Source of the DNA: Pirellulales bacterium
GTDB taxonomy: Bacteria; Planctomycetota; Planctomycetia; Pirellulales; UBA1268
NCBI GenBank assembly: GCA_044238145.1
Contig: JBIIDT010000004.1
Span: forward strand, 2,317 to 66,316
Length of the DNA stretch: 64,000 nt
Reading direction: 5' to 3'
The translations under genes were made by a program, and so were the position numbers. Below, in pieces: positions 9,202 through 18,801 of this stretch (the stretch's first letter is position 1; every line of letters starts with the position of its first letter). The notes under the pieces are model-generated. The model saw only the letters and a list, made by a program, of their open reading frames with translations. It was not told where the DNA came from and ran no database searches.

Positions 9202-10545
9202 TCAACCCGCCAGCATCCGTTCCACGAACGTGGTGTCGACCTGGGCTTCGTGGAACGCGGTGTTGGCGAGCACTTCGAGGTGGAGCGGGACGGTGGTCTT
9301 GATGCCCTCGACCCGCAGCTCCTTGAGGGCGCGGATCATGGTCGCGATCGCCTCCTTGCGGGTCGGCTGATGGACGATCAGCTTGCCGACGAGGGAGTCG
9401 TAGTGGGGCGGCACGACGTAGCCCGTCGTGGCGTGGGAATCCCAGCGGACGCCGAACCCGCCCGGTGCGATGATCCGCTCGATGCGGCCGGGGCAGGGGC
9501 GGAAGTTGGCGGCGGGATCCTCCGCGTTGATCCGGCACTCGATGGCGTGGCCGCGGGGGACGATGTCGGCCTGCTTGAGGTCGAGCTTCTCGCCGGCGGC
9601 GACGCGGATCTGGGCCTTGAGCAGGTCGATGCCGGTCACCATCTCGCTGACGGGATGCTCCACCTGGATCCGGGCGTTGACCTCGATGAAGTAGAAGTTG
9701 TCCTGCTGGTCGACGATGAACTCGACGGTGCCGGCCGAGAAATAGTTGGCCGTTTTGGCGAGCCGGACCGCGGCGTCCGCCATCTTCTGCCGCGTGGCCT
9801 GCGGGAGGCGGGGCGAGGGGCTCTCCTCGATCAGTTTCTGGTGCCGCCGCTGGGTCGAGCAGTCCCGCTCCCAGAGGTGGAACACGTTGCCGTGCTGGTC
9901 GCCGAGGATCTGGATCTCCACGTGCCGCGGCCGCTCGATGTACTTCTCGATGTAGATGCCGGGATTGCCGAAGGCCGCCTGGGCCTCGGCCGAGGCCTGT
10001 TGCCAGGCGCTGGCGAGGGCCAGGTCGTTGGCCGCCACCCGCATGCCCTTGCCGCCGCCGCCGGCCGTGGCCTTGAGGAGCACGGGGAAGCCGATCTGCT
10101 GGGCGATCCGCAGGGCCTCCTGCTCGTTGGCGATCAGGCCCTCGCTGCCGGGCACCGTGGGCACCCCGGCCTCGCGGGCCAGCGCCCGGGCGGAGTTCTT
10201 GTCGCCGACCCGCTCCATGGCCTCGGGCGTCGGGCCGATGAAGCCGATGTTGCAGGAGCGGCAGACCTCGGCGAAGTGGGCATTCTCCGAGAGGAAGCCA
10301 TAGCCCGGGTGGATCGCCTGCACGTTGCCGATCTCGGCGGCGCTGATCACCCGATCGATCCGCAGGTAGCTGTCGGCCGCCCGGGCCGGGCCCACGCAGA
10401 ACGCCTCGTCGGCGAGTTCCAGGTAGGGCGCGCCGCGGTCCGCCTCGCTGAAGATGGCGACCGTCTCCACGCCCAGCTCGCGGCAGGCGCGGATCACCCG
10501 GAGGGCGATCTCACCACGGTTCGCTATCAGGATCCGCTTGAACAT
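9202..10545 (-). CDS. accC: Acetyl-CoA carboxylase, biotin carboxylase subunit
   Basis: [25 protein letters not shown]..., ATP-grasp region GGGGKGMRV, and [14 protein letters not shown]. 447 aa, directly downstream of accB. Confidence 0.95.
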   Translation of the reverse strand: MFKRILIANRGEIALRVIRACRELGVETVAIFSEADRGAPYLELADEAFCVGPARAADSYLRIDRVISAAEIGNVQAIHPGYGFLSENAHFAEVCRSCNIGFIGPTPEAMERVGDKNSARALAREAGVPTVPGSEGLIANEQEALRIAQQIGFPVLLKATAGGGGKGMRVAANDLALASAWQQASAEAQAAFGNPGIYIEKYIERPRHVEIQILGDQHGNVFHLWERDCSTQRRHQKLIEESPSPRLPQATRQKMADAAVRLAKTANYFSAGTVEFIVDQQDNFYFIEVNARIQVEHPVSEMVTGIDLLKAQIRVAAGEKLDLKQADIVPRGHAIECRINAEDPAANFRPCPGRIERIIAPGGFGVRWDSHATTGYVVPPHYDSLVGKLIVHQPTRKEAIATMIRALKELRVEGIKTTVPLHLEVLANTAFHEAQVDTTFVERMLAG

Positions 10546-10567
10546 GGATTCCGCGGGGACGGGCCGC

Positions 10568-11047
10568 TCAGCCTTCGGGGTCGACCTTGATCAGGGGCTG
10601 GCCAAACTCGACCGGGGCCCCGTTCTCCACGAGGATCGCCACCACCTGTCCCGACACGCCCGCCGGAATCTCGTTGAACACCTTCATCGCCTCGACGATG
10701 CAGACCGTCTTCTCGGGCCCGATCCGGTCGCCGACCTTGACGAACGCGGCGGTGTCGGGGCCCGAGGCCCGGTAGAACGTGCCCACCATCGGGCTCTTGA
10801 TGACGAGCATCCGCGCGTCGGACGCCGACTCCCCAGCCGGGGCCGGTTCGCCTGCCGGCGCCGCCGGGCGGTGTGCGATCGGGGCGGGCGCCGAGTAGGC
10901 GACCACCTCGCCCCCCCGGCGGATGCGGACTCGGTTGTCGGCCTGTTTGAGGTCGAGTTCCGAGAGATCGTGCTCCTTCATGAGCTCGATCAGGCGGCGG
11001 ACCTTCTTGACGTCGAAGATGTCGCCCGGATTCGATGCGGCACACAT
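10568..11047 (-). CDS. accB: Acetyl-CoA carboxylase biotin carboxyl carrier protein
   Basis: Ala/Pro-rich linker, then a biotinyl domain with [12 protein letters not shown] (biotin-lysine motif). 159 aa. accB-accC gene order. Confidence 0.9.
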   Translation of the reverse strand: MCAASNPGDIFDVKKVRRLIELMKEHDLSELDLKQADNRVRIRRGGEVVAYSAPAPIAHRPAAPAGEPAPAGESASDARMLVIKSPMVGTFYRASGPDTAAFVKVGDRIGPEKTVCIVEAMKVFNEIPAGVSGQVVAILVENGAPVEFGQPLIKVDPEG

Positions 11048-11221
11048 GGTGGTAGTCTGGCCTCCTGACCTGCGGCCGATACTCCGGCCGGGCTGCGGGA
11101 AGGTAGCCCGCCTGCGCGGTTTCAGTCAAGGTAAACTCCCCGTTCGTCGCGGGTTTCCCGGGCAGCCGCTCGCGGATCGCCGCGCGGATGATCCGCATTT
11201 CGCCGGAGACGACGGCCGCCC

Positions 11222-12112
11222 ATGCCCGCGCGAAACCTTCCTGACGACCTCGTGAGGCTGCCGCGGCGCGACGCGGCGGCGAGCAAGCGGGACTTCGGCC
11301 GCGTGGCCGTGGCCGGCGGGGCGGCGGGCATGGCCGGCGCTCCGGCGCTCGCCGCCATGGCGGCGCTGAAGAGCGGGGCCGGACTCGTCGAACTGGTGGT
11401 GCCCGAGGCCGTGGCCGCGGTCGCCGCGTCGTTCGATCCCTGCGTCATGACGCACGGCCTGCCGTGGGACGCGGGGGGCGGATTCGCGGCCGGGGCCGGC
11501 GACGCGGTCGCCGCGCGGCTCGCGGCCGCCGACGCGGCCGTGGTCGGCCCGGGCATCGGCCGGACCGTCGCGGTCCGCGGGATCGTGCTGCGGCTGTGGC
11601 GGAAGCTCCCCGGGCCCGCGGTCTTCGACGCCGATGCGCTTTGGGCGCTGGCCTCCGCCGATCGCGGCACGCTGCGGCATCACGCGGGGCCGCGGGTGCT
11701 CACGCCGCACGCGGGTGAACTGGCGCGGCTCGTGGGCCGCGACCCGGCCGCCGTGACCGCGGCGGATCGGCTGGCGCTGGAGGAAGCGGCGGCGGCGCTC
11801 GCCGAGTCGATCGACGCGGTCATCGTGTTCAAGGGGGCAGGCACGCTGGTCATCGCCCCCGGGCGGCGGGCCCGCAACGAGACGGGCAATCCTGGCATGG
11901 CGACGGCGGGCACGGGCGACGTGCTCGCCGGCGTGATCGCGGCGCTCCTGGGCCAGGGGCTCTCGCCGTTCGATGCCGCGCGGCTCGGCGCCTGGGTGCA
12001 CGGCCGGGCCGGAGACGCCGCCGCGGCCGATCTCGGGGAAGTGTCGATGACCGCCCGCGATCTGCTCGACCGGCTGCATGTCGGCTTCCAAGCGTGCAGC
12101 GGCGGTCTCTGA
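11222..12112 (+). CDS. nnrD: ADP-dependent NAD(P)H-hydrate dehydratase (YjeF C-terminal family)
   Basis: SKRDFGRVAVAGGAAGMAGAPALAAMAALKSGAGLV, LTPHAGELARL, and GNPGMATAGTGDVLAGVIAALLGQG. Confidence 0.85.
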   Translation: MPARNLPDDLVRLPRRDAAASKRDFGRVAVAGGAAGMAGAPALAAMAALKSGAGLVELVVPEAVAAVAASFDPCVMTHGLPWDAGGGFAAGAGDAVAARLAAADAAVVGPGIGRTVAVRGIVLRLWRKLPGPAVFDADALWALASADRGTLRHHAGPRVLTPHAGELARLVGRDPAAVTAADRLALEEAAAALAESIDAVIVFKGAGTLVIAPGRRARNETGNPGMATAGTGDVLAGVIAALLGQGLSPFDAARLGAWVHGRAGDAAAADLGEVSMTARDLLDRLHVGFQACSGGL

Positions 12113-12196
12113 CCGCCGATGCCCGCTCGACGAACCAACGGCAGGGACTTCCACGGCATCGGGTGTCGCAGCTCCTGCGCGGATGCTCCCCGGCGC

Positions 12197-12352
12197 GGCG
12201 ACTTCGTGTGGATTGACCGCAAACCGCGGCCGGGACGCGAGCAGTCAGGGCCTCGGCCCGTGCTCTTCATCAGCCCGAAGGCATACGACCGGCAGACGAG
12301 TTCGTGCGTGATCTGCCCGGCCACCCGACAGGCCCAACGGCCGCTTGACGTA
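12197..12352 (+). pseudogene. MazF/PemK-like toxin fragment (about residues 10-62 only)
   Basis: GDFVWIDRKPRPGREQSGPRPVLFISPKAYDRQTSSCVICPATRQAQRPLDV aligns by eye with E. coli MazF GDLIWVDFDPTKGSEQAGHRPAVVLSPFMYNNKTGMCLCVPCTTQSKGYPFEV. Similarity stops at 12352, where an AT-rich segment begins. The remaining 37 codons of track ORF 12119..12463 do not resemble MazF. No antitoxin gene lies upstream. Confidence 0.45.
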
Positions 12353-12372
12353 CTGATATACGCATGTACATT
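12345..12372 (+). promoter_or_regulatory. Sigma-70-like promoter candidate for brnT-brnA
   Basis: TTGACG (12345-12350), a 16-nt spacer, then TACATT (12367-12372), inside the only AT-rich stretch of this region, 55 nt upstream of the brnT ATG. Sequence pattern only. Confidence 0.3.
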
Positions 12373-12426
12373 CTATTCGAGCGTGTCGATGGCGATCGGC
12401 CGCGGCGATGCTCGGGGTCGGTTGCA

Positions 12427-12708
12427 ATGGATTTTGCGTGGAGTCGCTCCAAGGGGGCCCTGAACGAGCGGAAGCACGGGGTCTCGTTTCCGGAAGCGAT
12501 CACCGTGTTCGGCGACGCGTTATCATTGACGGCGTTCGATCCGGACCACTCCGATGTCGAAGATCGGTTCATCACGATGGGCATGTCGACCGCGGGCCGA
12601 TTGCTTGTCGTCGTGCACTCCGATCGGGACGATCATGTGAGGATCATCAGCGCCCGCGAAGCGACTCGCCGGGAGCGAAAGGACTACGAAAATGACCGCT
12701 TTCCCTGA
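12427..12708 (+). CDS. brnT: BrnT-family (DUF497) toxin
   Basis: MDFAWSRSKGALNERKHGVSFPEAITVFGD...DPDHSDVEDRFITMG...RIISAREATRRERKDYEN matches the DUF497 pattern (F.WD..K...N..KHG..F.EA..VF.D...H...E.R......RIISAR.A...E...Y). The ATG at 12427 is in frame with track ORF 12364..12708. Confidence 0.8.
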   Translation: MDFAWSRSKGALNERKHGVSFPEAITVFGDALSLTAFDPDHSDVEDRFITMGMSTAGRLLVVVHSDRDDHVRIISAREATRRERKDYENDRFP

Positions 12709-12910
12709 CCCTCCCGAGGACACGCGGAGCGAATACGACTTCGGGTCGCTGGAAGGTGTCGTCCGGGGAAAGTACGCGGCTCGCTACACCGAACGACTCC
12801 GCGTGGTTCGTCTCGATCCCGACGTGGCCGCAGCGTTTCCCGACGAGCAGGCCGTCAACTCGGCCCTCCGCCAGTTTCTTGCAGAACATCCCCGCGAGAA
12901 CGCTGGCTGA
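12692..12910 (+). CDS. Putative cognate antitoxin (BrnA-like)
   Basis: 72 aa, overlapping the brnT 3' end by 17 nt. EYDFGSLEGVVRGKYAARY...VRLDPDVAAAFPDEQAVNSALRQFL resembles the short antitoxins usually encoded downstream of DUF497 toxins. Confidence 0.6.
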   Translation: MTAFPDPPEDTRSEYDFGSLEGVVRGKYAARYTERLRVVRLDPDVAAAFPDEQAVNSALRQFLAEHPRENAG

Positions 12911-12926
12911 CCGGCACACCGCGTGC

Positions 12927-13646
12927 CTACCTTTGCTCCGGCAATCGCGTTGCCAGTTCCGCGAGGCGGGTGACCTCCACGACGCCGTCGTCGCGGGCGA
13001 CCCACAGCCGCAGGCCCGGGGCCGGGGCCACGCGGTGGCCGCCGGTGAACGAGCCGAAGGCCGGCAGCACGAGCAGCGCCTCCTCCGCCGCGAAGCAGCG
13101 ATCGGCGATCCGATCGCCGGCGGGGGAGCGGATCGAGACCGTCGGATGGAGGTGGCCGGCGACGGTGAAGGTGGTGCGCTCGGTAGACAGCGGCGTGGCG
13201 GGCTCATGGACGAAGTGGAACGGAGGCTCGGCCAGGGCGGGCACGCAGGCGTCGAGACCGAGCGTGTTCGGCACCCTGCCGAGCGCGCGATCGTGGTTGC
13301 CGATCACGAGGATCACTTCCGTGGCCGCGATCCGCCGCCGGGTCGCCGTGAACTCGGCGAACACCGCCTCGGTGCAGCCGCTGCGGGCATGGAACAGGTC
13401 GCCGAGAATCACGAGCCGGCGGGCAGCCGTCGCGTGCACGAGCCGCTCGAGCCGGGCGAGGTCGGCCTGGGCCGAGCCCTCGGGCACGGGAATTCCGGCG
13501 CGGCGAAACGTGGCCGCCTTGCCGAGGTGCAGGTCGGCCACCAGCAGCGCGGCCGCGGCCGGGAGGAAGGCCGCGCGGCCGGGCAGGAGGACGACGTCGG
13601 CGTCGCTGCGGCCGGTCCCACTCGGGTCTGCAGTCTCGATGCGCAT
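12927..13646 (-). CDS. pdeM: Ligase-associated DNA damage response metallophosphoesterase
   Basis: MRIETADPSG... with calcineurin-like motifs VADLHLGK, ILGDLFH, VIGNHD and GHLHP. 239 aa, immediately downstream of the Lhr-like helicase. The rest of track ORF 12927..15008 overlaps lhr out of frame. Confidence 0.85.
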   Translation of the reverse strand: MRIETADPSGTGRSDADVVLLPGRAAFLPAAAALLVADLHLGKAATFRRAGIPVPEGSAQADLARLERLVHATAARRLVILGDLFHARSGCTEAVFAEFTATRRRIAATEVILVIGNHDRALGRVPNTLGLDACVPALAEPPFHFVHEPATPLSTERTTFTVAGHLHPTVSIRSPAGDRIADRCFAAEEALLVLPAFGSFTGGHRVAPAPGLRLWVARDDGVVEVTRLAELATRLPEQR

Positions 13647-13669
13647 CCGGTTCGTTCCCGCGGTGGTCG

Positions 13670-16243
13670 TCAGCCCGCGCCACCCGCGGCCTGCTCCAGG
13701 TCGCGGGCCATGTCGGCGATCTGGGCGAGCCAGTCCTTCGTCGTGAGCCGCGACTGGACGAACTCCGCCCAGATCGGAAACGCCAGCGGCGAGAGCCGAG
13801 GCGTCTCCACGACGCGGATGTCCCGCGTCGCCAGGGCCTCGAGCGTCTCGCGCAGCCGACGGAACTCGAACTGCCGCTCGAGCACCTCGCGACGGGCCTG
13901 GGCGAGCAGCATGTTGTCGGCGTCGTGCTCGGCGAGCACGTCGAAGATCAGCCCGGCCGAGGCCTGCGTCTGCCGGTCGCTGCGCCGGCCGCCGGACACG
14001 AGCCCGGCCACGCGGGCGATCTCGCGGAAGTGGCGGCGGGCCATCTCCGTGCCGTTCATGCAGGCGAGCAGGTCGTCGAGCAGGTTCGCCGGAGAAAGCA
14101 GGCGGCGCCAGGTCCGCTCGTCCGTTGCGACGGCGTCGCGGCCGGCGAGTTCGAAGCCCCAGTCGTTGACGGCCATCGTGAGCGTGGCGGGCCGGCTGCG
14201 GGCGATCCGCCAGGCGACGAGGGCGGCCAGCCCCTCGTGCACGAGCCGCCCGGCGAAGGGAAAGAGGAAGAAGTGCAGGCCGTCGCGGCCCTGCCACTTC
14301 TCCACGAGCAGCGTGTCGGCGTCCGGCAGCCGGCTCCACTTTTTCTGCACGGCGAGCAGCGGCAGCACGGCCGCCACCTCGCGGGGCGCATGCCTTCCGC
14401 CGCCGGGCCGCACGGCCCCGGCCACGAGGTCGAGCACGGCCGCCGAGAGGAGCGTGGAGAGCGGCATCCGCCCGCCGTTCCAGCGGGGCACCTGCAGCGG
14501 CGCGGAGGTCCGCGACCGCTTCACCCACGCGGTGAGGCCGTCGAAGCGAAACAGCGTGAGCGGCCGGCCGGCGAACAGGAAGCGGTCGCCGGCGCTCAGC
14601 CTGGAGACGAACGACTCCTCGACCGTGCCCAGTCGTCCGCCCCGCACCCACTTCACCTCCACCGTGGCGTCGCCGGCGATCGTGCCGATTCCCATCCGGT
14701 GCCGCCGCGCGATCGCCTTGCTGGCGACGTACCAGCGGCCGAAGCGTTCCTTGATCCGTGCATAGTCGGGATAGGCGGCCAGGGCCGGGCCGCCACGGGC
14801 CGCAAAATCCATCGCCCACCGCCATGAGGCCTCGTCGAGGTCGGCGAAGGCCCGGGTGCCCTGGACCTCCGCCCGCAGTTCGGCCTCGCGGAAGCCGCCG
14901 CTGCAGGCCACCGTGACGAGGTGCTGGGCCAGGCAGTCGAGGGCGGCGGTGAGCGGCGGCCGGGCCTCGACGGTGCCGGCCTCGGCGGCCCGTCGAGCGG
15001 CGGCGCACTCGATGAGTTCGAGGGCGTGCGTCGGCACGCAGACGAGCCGGCCGACGGCCCCCGGCGCGTGGCCGCTACGGCCGGCCCGCTGCAGCAGTCT
15101 GGCGATGCCCTTCGGGCTGCCGATCTGCAGGACCTGCTCCACCGGACCGAAGTCCACGCCGAGATCGAGGCTCGACGTGGCGACCACGCACTTCATCCGG
15201 CCCGCCCGCAGGCCCGCCTCGGCCCGCGTCCGCAGGTCGCGGTCCACCGACCCGTGATGCAGGGCGAGCGACTTCTTCCAGTCGGGCCGGGTCGCCGCGA
15301 TCGCCTCGAACCAGCGCTCGGCCTGCGAGCGGGTGTTCGTGAACACGAGCGTGGTCGAGGCTCGCTCGATCGCCGCCACGACCTGCGGCAGGAGCCGCAT
15401 GCCCATGTGGCCGGCCCACGGGAACCGTTCCATCGGCTCGGGGATCAGGGTCTCGATCTCGAGGGGGCGGGGCACGCGGGCGGAGACGAGCCGGGCCGCG
15501 GACACCGCGGCCGGGCCGACGAGCGCCGCGAGCGCGTCGTCGAGGTTCGCGAGCGTGGCCGACAGGCCCCAGGTCGCGATCCCCGGCCGCAGGGCCCGGA
15601 GCCGGGCGAGGGCGAGTTCCGCCTGCACGCCCCGCTTCGTCGAGAGCAATTCGTGCCACTCGTCGACGACCACGGTCTGGAGGTCGGCGAAGATCTCGTG
15701 GGCGTCCTCGAGCGAGAGCAGGATCGAGAGCGACTCGGGCGTGGTCACGAGCGCCGTCGGCCACCGGGCGCGGAGCCGCCGCCGGTCGGCGGCCGACGAG
15801 TCGCCCGTGCGGACACCGACGGACAGTCCGCGGGCCACGCGGCCCGCGCCGCGGAGCGGTTCCTCAAGGGCGAGCGCCGTGTCGGCCGCGAGCGCCTTCA
15901 GCGGCGTGACCCAGGCGACGCGCGGGCCGCGGCTCGGGGCGGACGGCGCGGCACCGGCCTCCGCGTGCGCGATCGCTCCGAGCCAGGCGGCGAGGGTCTT
16001 GCCGGTGCCGGTCGGGGCGTGGACGAGGCCGCTCTCGCCGGCCGCCGCCGCCTGCCAGACCTCCTCCTGGAACGGAAACACCTCCCAGCCCCGGGCCGCG
16101 AACCAGCCCCGAAACCGGTCGACGGCCGCTCCCGCGGCGGGGTGGCCCGCCACCGGCCCGCCCTGCCGCCGCCCACGCGTCTTGGCCGCAATATTCACCC
16201 GGGGCCCCTCTCCATGCCGAAAAATGGACCGGCTTCGAACCAT
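13670..16243 (-). CDS. lhr: Ligase-associated DNA damage response DExH-box helicase (Lhr-like)
   Basis: Walker A APTGTGKT, DExH box VVDEWHELL, helicase C motifs (QRAGRSGH), and a long C-terminal domain. 857 aa. The exact start is uncertain. Confidence 0.9.
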   Translation of the reverse strand: MVRSRSIFRHGEGPRVNIAAKTRGRRQGGPVAGHPAAGAAVDRFRGWFAARGWEVFPFQEEVWQAAAAGESGLVHAPTGTGKTLAAWLGAIAHAEAGAAPSAPSRGPRVAWVTPLKALAADTALALEEPLRGAGRVARGLSVGVRTGDSSAADRRRLRARWPTALVTTPESLSILLSLEDAHEIFADLQTVVVDEWHELLSTKRGVQAELALARLRALRPGIATWGLSATLANLDDALAALVGPAAVSAARLVSARVPRPLEIETLIPEPMERFPWAGHMGMRLLPQVVAAIERASTTLVFTNTRSQAERWFEAIAATRPDWKKSLALHHGSVDRDLRTRAEAGLRAGRMKCVVATSSLDLGVDFGPVEQVLQIGSPKGIARLLQRAGRSGHAPGAVGRLVCVPTHALELIECAAARRAAEAGTVEARPPLTAALDCLAQHLVTVACSGGFREAELRAEVQGTRAFADLDEASWRWAMDFAARGGPALAAYPDYARIKERFGRWYVASKAIARRHRMGIGTIAGDATVEVKWVRGGRLGTVEESFVSRLSAGDRFLFAGRPLTLFRFDGLTAWVKRSRTSAPLQVPRWNGGRMPLSTLLSAAVLDLVAGAVRPGGGRHAPREVAAVLPLLAVQKKWSRLPDADTLLVEKWQGRDGLHFFLFPFAGRLVHEGLAALVAWRIARSRPATLTMAVNDWGFELAGRDAVATDERTWRRLLSPANLLDDLLACMNGTEMARRHFREIARVAGLVSGGRRSDRQTQASAGLIFDVLAEHDADNMLLAQARREVLERQFEFRRLRETLEALATRDIRVVETPRLSPLAFPIWAEFVQSRLTTKDWLAQIADMARDLEQAAGGAG

Positions 16244-16287
16244 GAACTACGGTTCATCGTATAGCCACCATCCCCCGGAGCGACCCC

Positions 16288-18111
16288 GTGACCCCCGATT
16301 CGCCCACCGCCGGCCCCGAAACGACGCCCCGCCGCGGTCGGCGACGCCGGAGCCGGCCGCTCGGCGGCTGGGAGCGGCTGGGCCTGGGCGACGGTCACGA
16401 GCGGCTCGAGTCCCGCGCCATGATGGCGTCCGACGTGGGCGTCGCGATCGACGCCGGTCACGTGTGGTACATGCCCGGCACCGAGGCGACCTACACGGTC
16501 TCGGTCACCAACTTCGGCCCCGACGCAGCCACCGGGATCGCCGTCTCGACGGTCCTCGGCAGCCAGATCGCCAGCAGCACCTGGACCGCGGCCTATTCGG
16601 CCGGCGGCTCCGGCCCCGTCGTCGGCGCGGGCAACGTCGCCGCCACGATCGCGCTGCTGGCCGGCGGCACCGCGACGTTCAGCGTCGTGTCGCGGATCGG
16701 TGCGAACGCGACCGGCACGCTCACCTCCACCGCCACCGCCTCCAAGGCCGGCGATCCCGTCGGCGGCAACGACACGGCCAGCGACGCGCTTTTGTTCGTG
16801 GCCCGGCCGCTCGTCCTCGCCGACGACACGGGCTCGTCGAGCACGTCGGCCGTGCGGGTCGTCGAGCCCGCGACCGGCGTCGAGCAGCGGCGCTTCTTCG
16901 CCTACGAGGCGGGCTTCCGCGGCGGCGTGCAGATGGTCCTCGCCGACGTCGATCGGGACGGCAGGCCCGAGGTGGTCACGGCCCCCGGCCGCGGCCGCAC
17001 CGGCGAGATCCGCGTCTTCACGCTCGAAGGTACGGAGCTCGCGTCGTATCGCACGCAGCCCTTCGGCGTCGGCTGGAAGGGCGGCGTGAACGTCGCGGTC
17101 GGTGACGCCGACGGCGACGGCAAGTCCGACTTCGCGGCGGCCAAGGCGACGGGCGACGGCGCCGTGCGGGTGTTCCGCGGCCAGGGCGGCGCCGATCCGG
17201 TCGCCAACGCCGCCTTCCGCACGATCAGCCCGTTCCCGGCCACGTTCATGGGCGGTGCCACGGTGGCGTTCGCCGACATGGGCACGTTCTCCGCCGGCAC
17301 GACGGTCGACGCCGGGGTGCCCGACGGTCGCGCGGAACTCCTCATCGGCAGCGGCCCGACCCGGGCGGCGGAGGTTCAGATCCGCGATCTCTCCGCGGTG
17401 GAATCGCCCATCATCGACACGATCAGTCCGTTCAACGCCGGGTTTCTCGGCGGCGTTGCCGTGTCGGCGGCCCGCGTGAACCTCGACTCGGTGCCCGACG
17501 TCATCGTCGCCGCCGGCGTGCGTGGCAACGGTCTCGTCGAAGTGCACGACGGCCGCGTCGGGGCGGCGACGAACGCCCGGCTCGCCGCGTTCACGGCCTT
17601 CAGCGGCGGACGCTTCGCGGCCTCCTCCGCCACGGCCCTCGACACCGACGGGGACGGCCGGGCCAACGAGATCCTTGCCGGCCAGTCCGGACAGTCCGTC
17701 CGCCGCTTCTCGACGGCGGGCACCGCGCTCGGCACGCTCGCCACGGTCGCCGGCCGGCTGGCGGCGCCGGTGGCCGTGACGAACCTGGCGATCGTGACCA
17801 CCGCCTCCGGCCTGCAGTACCGCGATCTCGTCGTCGGCACGGGTGCCAAGCCGTCGTCCGCGACGGCCCGCGTGACGGTGAACTACGAGGGCCGGCTGCT
17901 CGATGGCACCCGGTTCGACGGCAACAACGGCTCGCAGTTCAACCTCAACCAGGTGATCGCCGGCTGGACCGAGGGCCTGCAATCGATGCAGGTCGGCAGC
18001 CGCCGGCAGCTCATCATCCCGGCGAACCTCGCCTACGGGTCGACGGCCCGCCCGGGCATCCCGGCCAACTCGACGCTCGTCTTCGACGTCGAACTGCTGG
18101 CGACGACCTGA
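16288..18111 (+). CDS. Secreted DUF11/FG-GAP beta-propeller protein with C-terminal FKBP-type peptidyl-prolyl isomerase domain
   Basis: N-terminal leader [33 protein letters not shown]. One DUF11-like unit ([13 protein letters not shown]...). FG-GAP blades ([43 protein letters not shown]) paralogous to the 1..2715 protein. C-terminal [15 protein letters not shown]...[16 protein letters not shown]...[29 protein letters not shown]...LVFDVELL is a classic FKBP domain. Confidence 0.75.
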   Translation: MTPDSPTAGPETTPRRGRRRRSRPLGGWERLGLGDGHERLESRAMMASDVGVAIDAGHVWYMPGTEATYTVSVTNFGPDAATGIAVSTVLGSQIASSTWTAAYSAGGSGPVVGAGNVAATIALLAGGTATFSVVSRIGANATGTLTSTATASKAGDPVGGNDTASDALLFVARPLVLADDTGSSSTSAVRVVEPATGVEQRRFFAYEAGFRGGVQMVLADVDRDGRPEVVTAPGRGRTGEIRVFTLEGTELASYRTQPFGVGWKGGVNVAVGDADGDGKSDFAAAKATGDGAVRVFRGQGGADPVANAAFRTISPFPATFMGGATVAFADMGTFSAGTTVDAGVPDGRAELLIGSGPTRAAEVQIRDLSAVESPIIDTISPFNAGFLGGVAVSAARVNLDSVPDVIVAAGVRGNGLVEVHDGRVGAATNARLAAFTAFSGGRFAASSATALDTDGDGRANEILAGQSGQSVRRFSTAGTALGTLATVAGRLAAPVAVTNLAIVTTASGLQYRDLVVGTGAKPSSATARVTVNYEGRLLDGTRFDGNNGSQFNLNQVIAGWTEGLQSMQVGSRRQLIIPANLAYGSTARPGIPANSTLVFDVELLATT

Positions 18112-18138
18112 GAACGGCGCCCGGCGCGAGGGCGGGCG

Positions 18139-18801
18139 TCAGCGGGTGCGACGCTTGGCCGTGCCGATGCCGAAGCCGGTCCAGAACGCGTCGCCATCGG
18201 CCGCCGGGAGGCTGAAGCCGAAGGCGGCGGCCATCTGGTGCCGGATCGCGGTCGCGGACGGTCCGCGGGCCGTCGGCGCCGGGCCGTCGGCGGCTAGCGT
18301 GGCGAACACCATCTGCCGCCCGTCTTCGGTGCCGGGGTCCGGGAGTTCCGCCTCCTGTTCGACGCCGGCCTGCTCCAGCGCGACGTCCATCGGCTCGCCG
18401 TCGCCATCGCCGTCGGCCGGAAACCCGACCGCCAAGATCGCGAACGCCTCCTCGGGGGCCGGGCAGAAGACGAACATCGGCTCGCACCACCCATCCGCCG
18501 CGGCATCGTCGAAGAACCACGGCTCGTCGATGACGACCCACAACGCGTCGTCGACGACCCACGGCGCGTCGTCGACGATCAGGAGCGAGTCCTCGACCGG
18601 CATGATGAACGCGTCGGGCACCGGGATCGCGTCGATGGGGCCCGGCTCGCAGGCCGCATCCGTGGCCGGTGGCGAATCGATGTCGCACCACGACGCGTCC
18701 CGTTCGGGCGCGGTGTCGAGGCTGCCGAACACGGCGGCGAGCATGCCGCGGGACTCGAGCGACTCGAAGGCGAGCCGGCGGCGATCGGAGCGGTAAGCCA
18801 T
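18139..18801 (-). CDS. Acidic hypothetical secreted protein with 7-aa Trp repeats
   Basis: The ATG complement at 18801 gives MAYRSDRRRLAFESLESRGMLAA, the same leader motif as the 16288 gene. Asp/Glu-rich. DDAPWVV-DDALWVV-IDEPWFF is encoded by a 21-nt tandem repeat at 18511-18573. No recognisable domain. Confidence 0.5.
   Translation of the reverse strand: MAYRSDRRRLAFESLESRGMLAAVFGSLDTAPERDASWCDIDSPPATDAACEPGPIDAIPVPDAFIMPVEDSLLIVDDAPWVVDDALWVVIDEPWFFDDAAADGWCEPMFVFCPAPEEAFAILAVGFPADGDGDGEPMDVALEQAGVEQEAELPDPGTEDGRQMVFATLAADGPAPTARGPSATAIRHQMAAAFGFSLPAADGDAFWTGFGIGTAKRRTR

Noticed and set aside
13647-15008. Upstream part of track ORF 12927..15008(-), which would make PdeM 693 aa.
   Set aside because: PdeM-type motifs start at MRIETADPSG (13646). 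The upstream part overlaps the lhr coding frame and is low-complexity.
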